Shown here one piece after another: positions 49,553 to 58,295 of a stretch of DNA of 58,295 bases (position 1 is the first letter of the stretch; every line of letters begins with the position of its first letter). Both the position numbers and the translations under genes were made by a program. Source of the stretch: Octopus bimaculoides. Its lineage: Eukaryota. The notes beneath the pieces were generated by a model. The model worked only from the letters and a program-made list of their open reading frames with translations, was not told the DNA's origin and did not search any database. The stretch lies in the NCBI RefSeq assembly GCF_001194135.2, contig NC_068986.1, positions 73,072,535-73,130,829 on the forward strand, read 5' to 3'.

Positions 49553-50663
49553 ATTATCAATCAGTTTCATTTCTGTATTTCTTGTCCATAGAGAAAGAGC
49601 CGGACTCTAACATAGATTCAAGGCTCCTTCATTGGAACTTTTATCAACATCATCTAGGTATTTGTGCATATGTGTGTGTGTGCAGTATTTGGTGTTAGTG
49701 TATGCGCAGATTTGTATGTTTGTTTTATGGATGCGTTTTTATGTCTAGATGCATGCATATGTATTTATGTGCTAAATTTTTGGAAAGTTTTACATATCTT
49801 TACAGTTCCATTGATGGCTTGAATCTGTAGTCTTCTAATCAGCCTTTTTCTTTCAGGTTTTGAGAACCCTAATTTTTCCAGGTTTTTGTTGAGGCAGTNN
49901 NNNNNNNNNNNNNNNNNNNNNNNNNNNNNNNNNNNNNNNNNNNNNNNNNNNNNNNNNNNNNNNNNNNNNNNNNNNNNNNNNNNNNNNNNNNNNNNNNNNN
50001 NNNNNNNNNNNNNNNNNNNNNNNNNNNNNNNNNNNNNNNNNNNNNNNNNNNNNNNNNNNNNNNNNNNNNNNNNNNNNNNNNNNNNNNNNNNNNNNNNNNN
50101 NNNNNNNNNNNNNNNNNNNNNNNNNNNNNNNNNNNNNNNNNNNNNNNNNNNNNNNNNNNNNNNNNNNNNNNNNNNNNNNNNNNNNNNNNNNNNNNNNNNN
50201 NNNNNNNNNNNNNNNNNNNNNNNNNNNNNNNNNNNNNNNNNNNNNNNNNNNNNNNNNNNNNNNNNNNNNNNNNNNNNNNNNNNNNNNNNNNNNNNNNNNN
50301 NNNNNNNNNNNNNNNNNNNNNNNNNNNNNNNNNNNNNNNNNNNNNNNNNNNNNNNNNNNNNNNNNNNNNNNNNNNNNNNNNNNNNNNNNNNNNNNNNNNN
50401 NNNNNNNNNNNNNNNNNNNNNNNNNNNNNNNNNNNNNNNNNNNNNNNNNNNNNNNNNNNNNNNNNNNNNNNNNNNNNNNNNNNNNNNNNNNNNNNNNNNN
50501 NNNNNNNNNNNNNNNNNNNNNNNCATGCATGGTCTTCTGCTGGAATGCATTCATCCTCTCTGATGTTATGTTACGGTAGAGTCTTGCAATTTCTTTGGGT
50601 AAGAGTTCAGGGTTGCCGAATAGGGAATGCTTGTCAAGTAGTTGCCTTCCCAATCTCATGATG
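49553..50663 (-). mobile_element. 5'-truncated R4/Dong-like (RLE-type) non-LTR retrotransposon remnant spanning a gap
   Basis: Peptides AFQQKTMHG before the gap and LNKNLEKLG...IRRLQIQAINGTVKICKTF* after it resemble R4-clade motifs (K.LHG; LQK.A.LGT..I); followed by a ~210-nt 3' UTR. Confidence 0.5.
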
Positions 50664-50676
50664 GTATGTATGTATG

Positions 50677-50710
<34 letters not shown>

Positions 50711-51237
50711 TGTATGTATGTATGTATGCATGCATGCATGCATGTGTGTATGTGCTGACAGTAGTGTAAGAGATACAGAATGTAATAGAATGTAATTGAA
50801 CAATAGAAGAATCAGGATTTCTCACATAACTGCAAAAGGAGAAAATGGAAAGATGTGTCTTTCATTCCTTTGAAAAGAATATCCACGATTCAAGTTAATG
50901 GAGTTTTCATTCAGGATTGCAAGCAAACAGTAGGGCTCAACATTGCATCATTACGCCTGTCAAAATCAATGGGACTAGAAAACCAAGATTTCTGTTCCTT
51001 TCATCTCCTCTCTCTCTTATTCATTCATATTTTCATCTTATATATGGCTCCAGTATCACCCCACCCAACTTCTTTATTTCTCTCAGTCTCTTTAGACACT
51101 CTATCTTTCTTAACCTCTAATTGTCTTATGCTTTTTTTCTCTACCTTTACATCTCTTTCTATCTTTTTTCTCATGTGCTACTACCTTTTCTACCCCTCCC
51201 ATTTCTACACACGTACACACACACACACACACACACA

Positions 51238-51268
<31 letters not shown>

Positions 51269-52112
51269 TTTGTTCACTATTTTTGGACATCAGTTTAGCC
51301 ATCCATGTTCTATTTCCATTATACTCTCATTGAATTCACGCCCTATTGATTACAAGGTTTCCTGGAAACTATTTTCACTTCAATTTCATTCCAAATTTTG
51401 ACTGCAAAGCCTTTTGTCTTTCTTTGTCTCATTGCATTTCAATTTCCAGTATAAACGTAAATCTGTTATTTTGTTTGGAGTGTATTTCAAATACCTTTTT
51501 ATACCATTGCTAGAGAAGGAAGGTCAAATAATGTCAACAGAAGAGATATTATTATAAATTACATCAGTTTGTTGCTCTTTCTATAATGTGGCTCTCATAT
51601 TCTTACTAATGTAAATTTGGACTCAAACCTTCAAAAGGAAATTACAAATTTACATTAGTTTTTACAGATATAGTGTTATTATAAATGTGTGTGTGAAAGA
51701 GAGAGGGAGCATACACCTAGAAAGCTATGTATCTCTACTTATAATAGGGGGGGTTCTCTATTGCTCAGCAGCTCTGTCTTTCTCTCTCTGTATTAACATA
51801 CATACATACATGCATACATACATACATACATACATACATACATACATACATACATACATACATACATACATAACGTCTAGTTAGAATAGAGGCAGCTGAC
51901 AAAGGATTAATTCCAAGTGGCTATCTGTTTTCCTATGTGTTCGTTCCGTGGTCTGTAGTTCATTGTTCTTACGTCCTGTACCCTGATATGCATCTATATA
52001 CACATGTAGATATAAGTAAGTACATATATGTGTGTATACATGCATATATATTCTTTGTTTTATTACATCATCGAATGCACACGTCCTTTTTGCAAGTAAG
52101 TTTGTACATACA

Positions 52113-52146
<34 letters not shown>

Positions 52147-52193
52147 CATACATACATACATATATATTAATATATGAATAAGCATAAATAAGT

Positions 52194-52244
<51 letters not shown>

Positions 52245-53573
52245 ATGGAAAAGAGGTATGGAAATGAAAAAAAGAACACACAACACATATTGTGGAAGTG
52301 AAAAATGTGTATATGATTGACTTGATACTGTATAAGTTCTATAGATGTAAATCTGTATGTCTAATTTGTGAGATGCGTTGGAATCACAAGTATAAGTTGT
52401 TTCTAAGCTAGGTGATCAGGTAAATACAGATAAGGAAATACCTGTTTCATTCTTCCATGTTAACATGAGTTCAGATAAGGATAAGGAATTATTTGAGGCA
52501 GAAGTTTAAGGCTGGATGTTCTTCCTGTCACCAACCCATACTTGTTTTCAAATAAGGTTTTCAGAGGTCTTTGAAAGCAAAGAGACTGGTCATAATGTTG
52601 ACAAGGAATGTCAATGTTACCACTATTCTGCTCAAGCAATGACAAATGTAGAATATCAACATTCATACACATTCACAAACACATGGATACTTCATCTCCA
52701 CTACCTATCTCTCCACAGCTCCTACAGATCATTGTCTTTCTCTCTTTCTAATTGTGAGTAACCACACAGCTTCTCTTCAGCGACCTGTTCTGCCATCCAC
52801 CACTTCTCTCATACTTCGTCTCTTGAGGTTTGCAGTCTTACAAGTTACATAGCAACCTTAATAGAGCAGGCAGTATGAAAAAAAGCACCTCCCCACTACA
52901 CACTATAAAGTGGTTGGCATCAAGAAGGGTATCAAGAGCTGTTGAAACTATGCCAAAGCAGACATGCAGACATTGGAGCACAATGCAATTCTTGGATCAA
53001 GCCTTGGGTCACATGGAACAGAGATTTTAGAACTAGCTACTTTGCTCGTTATGAGATCAGTGGCTGTCTACCGCTTCTCTGTTTATATATTGTGAGTAGG
53101 GACAATTGACTGCCATCTCTAGCAGGTAGATATCCAGTACCGTTGAAGGGTAAAGACCCAGAAACCATGGTCTACTGGTCTTGTCAAGCTGGAGGAGAGT
53201 GATTCACTTCCTTACTCACAATATATCGGACATAGGTTGTGTATTGTTAACCAGCTGGAAAAGACATTTTCCTGGGGTTAAAATGTAGTAACATAGTTCT
53301 TTATTGAACAGCCATGTTATAGTGGCAAAAACATGTTACCGTATATATATATTACTCTCTTTTACTCTTTTACTTGTTTCAGTCATTTGACTGTGGCCAT
53401 GCTAGAGCACCGCCTTTAGTTGAGCAAATCGACCCCAGGACTTATTCTTTGTAAGCCTAGTACTTATTCTATCGGTCTCTTTTGCCGAACCGCTAAGTTA
53501 CAGGGACATAAACACACCAGTATCAGTTGTCAAGCGATGTTGGGGGGACAAACACAGACACACAAACACACAC

Positions 53574-53604
<31 letters not shown>

Positions 53605-54024
53605 CGACGGGCTTCTTTCAGTTTCCGTCTACCAAATCCACTCACAAGGCTTTGGTCGGCCCAAGGTTATAGTAGAAGACACTTGCCCAAGGNNNNNNNN
53701 NNNNNNNNNNNNNNNNNNNNNNNNNNNNNNNNNNNNNNNNNNNNNNNNNNNNNNNNNNNNNNNNNNNNNNNNNNNNNNNNNNNNNNNNNNNNNNNNNNNN
53801 NNNNNNNNNNNNNNNNNNNNNNNNNNNNNNNNNNNNNNNNNNNNNNNNNNNNNNNNNNNNNNNNNNNNNNNNNNNNNNNNNNNNNNNNNNNNNNNNNNNN
53901 NNNNNNNNNNNNNNNNNNNNNNNNNNNNNNNNNNNNNNNNNNNNNNNNNNNNNNNTATATATATATATATATATACATATATACATATATACACACATGC
54001 ATGACATACATACATACATATATA

Positions 54025-54191
54025 GGCGTAGGAGTGGGTGTATGGTAAGTAGCTTGCTAACCAACCACATGGTTCTGGGTTCAGTCCCACTGCATGGCAT
54101 GCCACCTTGGGCATGTGTCTTCTACTATAGCCTCAGGCCGACCAAAGCCTTGTGAGTGGATTTGGCAGACGGAAACTGAAAGAAGCCCGTC

Positions 54192-54245
<54 letters not shown>

Positions 54246-54457
54246 TTGTGTCTGTGTTTGTCCCCTCCCCACATCGCTTGACAACTGATGCTGGTGTGTT
54301 TAGGTCCCCGTTACTTAGCAGTTCGGCAAAAGAGACCGATAGTATAAGTACTAAGCTTACAAAGAATAAATCCTGGGGTCGACTTGCTCGACTAAAGGTG
54401 GTGCTCCAGAATGGCTACAATCAAATGACTGAAACAAGTAACAGAGTAAAAGAGTAA
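54025..54457 (+). mobile_element. tRNA-derived SINE family 1 (full length; internal TA/TG microsatellite)
   Basis: A-box/B-box-like head (tggtaagtagc...ggttcagtccc) and (agagtaa)n tail. Other copies: 4950-5265(-), 7608-7992(+), 18310-18590(+), 18620-18755(-), 25045-25430(-), 26935-27297(+), 34495-34855(-), 42945-43095(+), 43455-43640(-), 53352-53692(-). Confidence 0.85.
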
Positions 54458-54784
54458 TACATACATACATACATAAAAAAACCATAAGCATCACTCACAT
54501 TTGTATCATGTACCATGTGGTCAAGTGGTTGCTAGTAAACAAGACAGTGGTATGTATATGGAGTACTTACAGAGGAAGAGAGCTGGATACAGAAGTGTTA
54601 AGCAATACAAATGAAAACATGGGAAAGAGGAAGGCAGGTTAAGAAATACTGAAAGCTGATTTTAATAGGCTAAACATCAAGAATATGCCAATGGACTGCA
54701 ACAAATAGAGATGGAAAGAAGTCATAGAGAAAACACATCGAAATTACGCAAGTATGGTAAAAGGATGTACACTGATGATGACTA

Positions 54785-54826
<42 letters not shown>

Positions 54827-54959
54827 TCACACACACATATGTCTGTACATACACTATATATATGTATACATACACACACATGCACACACACATAAATAAA
54901 TAAAATGGGTACATATATAAGGTGGCCCTACCAAAATGCATACACATACAACAGATGAC

Positions 54960-56430
54960 AACTCAATCTTTATTTCTTTTCAGATTTAACCCATTCGAAT
55001 TAATGAAGGGAATAAGACTAAACTTTGAACAAAGGGAATTTATTTTAAACTACTATTGGAATTTCAAAAAAACAATCAGAGTGCAAATACAGTTTAGTGA
55101 GGAGTTTGAAATAAATCCATCTATGTGACTTGCCATCACTTGAATTACTGATAAGTTTGAAGCAGATGAAACTGTTCAGATTCACAAGAAATGTTCTGAA
55201 AGACTGTGGTCTCAACGAGCCCCAGAAAGCAAGAAATAGTTCTAGAAATGTACTGCTGAGTTCAAGAAAATTTGTGTGGCAAATGTGTCATGTGAGAGGA
55301 ATTTCAAAATCAGGCATCCAAAATCAAGCTGTTGTTGAAAAGTTACATTCTGAGAATAGCCCCTGCTCTTGATAAAAATGATCCAGATTGAAGAGCGAAG
55401 TTTTGCAAGTGGTACTTGGAAAGATGAGTAGAAGATGCACACTTTTCAATAAAGATTGTTTGAAGTGACAAGGTTAAATGGTTCAATTAACCACCACAAT
55501 TACACCTACTGAGGAAATGAGAATCCATATATTATGAAGGAACATAATATATTAGGAGTTTCAGTATGGTACAGCTTCTCATTAAGAAGATTAATTGGAC
55601 CATTCTTTTTTGACAGTACTCTGACTGGTCCTATTTACTTGAACTTGCCATAATAATCTGTTGTAGTGGGAATGTTCAGCAGTTACATCAATACACCCAA
55701 TGTCATGATTTGCTAGGATATTTCCCATGTGATCAACAAAATCTGACCAATCACGACTTCACGAATAGGTTCCAGCAACAATTTCATTTTTTGGCACATT
55801 TCCTTCTGAGTCCATCCATCAGTATAAATTTGGCACAACTTGACTACTAGACAGAGAGCTTTGGGAGACAACAGAGATGAGACAGCAGATAGATGGCAAA
55901 CAGATGCAGACAGCAGCTGACAACAAACACAATGAACAACTGGTGACAGTAACATAACCAGCAGTTAGCTTTTTGACTACTATTATAATTACACTAAGAA
56001 TAATAATATTCAAACTCTCTCTATATTTTGTCATTCATAGTAACCTTCTCCAGTGTTCTTCTTTAACAGTAATATCAAGCATTCAAGAAGACTTTGAAGA
56101 TGTGGAGTTTTATTTCCAGCCAAATGGGGCATCCCCACCCTACCATAGTAATGAAAGGGCCTACCATGATGAGATTTTGCTAAGCAGATATATTGGACAA
56201 AGAGGTTCATTAGAAAGCCTTCGATGTTCATTGGACCACATACCACAAGACTTTTTTATGGAGATGCTTAAAAGATAAAGTTTATGGTACAAAATTGTTG
56301 ATAGTTGATATATTGAGGGTAACCATTGAATGAAAATGTAAACAAATACTAAATGCCTGTGATTCCATTGCTTTGCATTATCAACTGTACCTGGACCAGA
56401 ACTGTCATTAGTGTGGAAACAGGCGTCTAT
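54960..56430 (+). mobile_element. Decayed Tc1/mariner-superfamily transposase with an internal insertion
   Basis: LNFEQREFILNYYW...DKFEADETVQ N-terminus; [13 protein letters not shown]; FYFQPNGASPPYH...YIGQRGS. An unrelated segment occupies ~55690-56040. Confidence 0.7.
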
Positions 56431-57945
56431 ATTATAATGAAGAAAACTGCTTATTTATTAATTGGAATTATGTAACTTTTACCAAAAAAAAAAAAGCAAT
56501 TATTAAATTCTCCATTGCCCAGAAAATTTTTAAAATTCCAGTTTTAATATATTTTTATCAATGTATGCTTTTCAAGTTTCTTTTCAAATAAACAGTTAAT
56601 TTTAATTTGGTGTCAGCATTTTTCAAAGTCTTAAATTGCAAGGCAGGAAATACGACTGTCTCTATTACCTTACTGTCTTACTGCCTTCTCTCTCTTTCCA
56701 CCTCTTTTTTGTTTATATATTTGTGATAGTTAATTCTTTTGATGAAACATCTACTGAATGGGAATAAAAAATATCATTTCCCATCTCTGTACATCTGAAG
56801 CTGTGTGTTTATATAGTTTAGGTTATTAATACATTTTAGTATTAATATTTGGTATAAATATAAATGTTGATGCAAAAAAATAAGTTAGAACCAATAGCAA
56901 GTTTTTCAGTATGATTTTTTTGCAGTACATCCCTTAAAACACTTTGAACATCAGAGAATCTGAATCTGAATTTTTTTTTTAAATAACATGATTTTTTTTA
57001 TTACAAACTAGTCATCAAAATATATATTATATGAAACAAAATATATTAATACACATAAGCCTTAAGTGCAAATGAAATATATCTATATACAAAACAAAAT
57101 ATATATCCATACATAGTTATTGTATAAAAAATATATTTATATACTTTCGATGTTACTTCAACTTTAACCAGCAAAGTGAATTACACATATACACCTAATG
57201 CATACACAAACACAGAAAACACACTTTATTTGCCTCAAATGTAACAACTATTTGGGGGAAGATTTAATGGGGTAATCTGAATTAATCTTAGCCCCTCCTT
57301 AATATGAACATCACTCCAAATTATCAGGGAGGTCAGCTGAAAATGTGGGAGGGAGAAAGGATCTGAAATTGTTACAGGGGCATAATTTGAAAAAAAAAAA
57401 TGTAAAAGCCAGAGGCGGATTTGTTGGTATGGCTTTTTGATTGGCCTTAGAATATACCCATGTGATCCTTACTATTTCTTGCATATCAAATCACCATGTA
57501 AAGGATGAATTACCTTTGAGCTTCTTTGAAAGAGAGAGATTAAGACTGCAAAAAAATAATGAAAGCAACATTTACTGAGTTAGTGAGTGTTATTAGACAA
57601 ATAAAGAATACAAAGAAAAATTAGATGTAACATATCAGAAAAATTACACAGATTGGAAATCAAATGTGTATATATTTAATAATTTAGCCACTAGCAGAAA
57701 AATGCCTGGGTGGCAGTTTTTTTCTCCTTGCTCATAAAAATATCAAATTCTGTCCATAGGCTCTATTAAATTTTGAAAATGAAATGTATTTCAATAAATG
57801 CTGACTTTATAATCATTCAATGCGTGTATATATTTTTAAGGACACTGTAAATATACATACATGCATGCACATGTGTGCACGCATGCACACACACACACAT
57901 GTACACACACACACACATGCACACACACACTTCAGTTAAGCAGCA

Positions 57946-58295
57946 TTACGTAGAAGAGTAGCTGTCCATAAGGAACAAATAAACCTCCCTCAATACCGCC
58001 AAATTCCACTTAGTGGCCACATAGACTCTTGCGCCAGAAACAAAAACCCTAAATTCATTATATTCCCTTTCTATCAATGTAAAGACAGAATCTCCACACA
58101 AGAAAGAATCAACAAGGAGAATCTTTTCATAGAGAAATTCCAACCATTTCTTAACACACACACCCCTCAGTGACCTTATTTCTCTATGAACAGACACAAA
58201 CTTCCTGTTGGGAAAAAAAGAGTTCATAACTCTAACTAAAAACACTTGTCTCCCCTTACACACACTTCCTGTTTTGACACCACATTTCCTGCTTA
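57946..58295 (-). other. Open frame running off the window edge; possible L1/Tx1-type ORF1 fragment
   Basis: The 105-aa tracked ORF is open to the edge (SRKCGVKTGSVCKGRQVFLVRVMNSFFP...). No diagnostic motif was recognised. Confidence 0.2.

Noticed and set aside
54025-54100. tRNA genes at SINE heads
   Set aside because: A/B-box-like heads continue into SINE bodies and do not form complete cloverleaves.
8156-54114. Long ORFs of 150-400 aa in the track containing X runs, and ORFs rich in poly-L, YI or HT
   Set aside because: They arise from N gaps and microsatellites.

Overview
This is eukaryotic, AT-rich, repeat-dense genomic scaffold with eight N-gaps. The SINE, RTE and microsatellite landscape looks like an octopod cephalopod; that assignment is inferred from repeat families, not proven. 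Three protein-coding genes can be reconstructed by hand from splice signals. (1) Gene A is a 4-exon CIDE-N protein (CDS 1901-12882, +, 202 aa). (2) Gene B is a tandem paralog with the same intron phases 1/1/0 (CDS 23025-40551, +, 193 aa). Both are DFFA/ICAD(DFF45)-like, with a DxxD|G caspase site after the CIDE-N domain. (3) A 2-exon, 407-aa PIF/Harbinger-transposase-derived gene lies antisense inside intron 2 of gene B (33954-29903, -). Its ORF is intact, but all three DDE catalytic residues are replaced (D->A, D->A, E->Q), the profile of a domesticated, nuclease-dead transposase. Between the two paralogs are three hammerhead-ribozyme-like motifs of the Penelope type. One has a G3:C8 core swap and sits just past the gene A poly(A) signal. 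A second copy of it is interrupted at its cleavage site by a 161-bp Merlin-type MITE carrying telomeric repeats. The third has a canonical core, and its 5' half is sequestered in a ~235-nt foldback. The rest of the window is SINEs, RTE LINE pieces (one with an in-frame PHD finger), an R4/Dong-like LINE remnant, Tc1/mariner/pogo fossils, piggyBac-type MITEs and microsatellites. All calls were made by eye, with no database searches.
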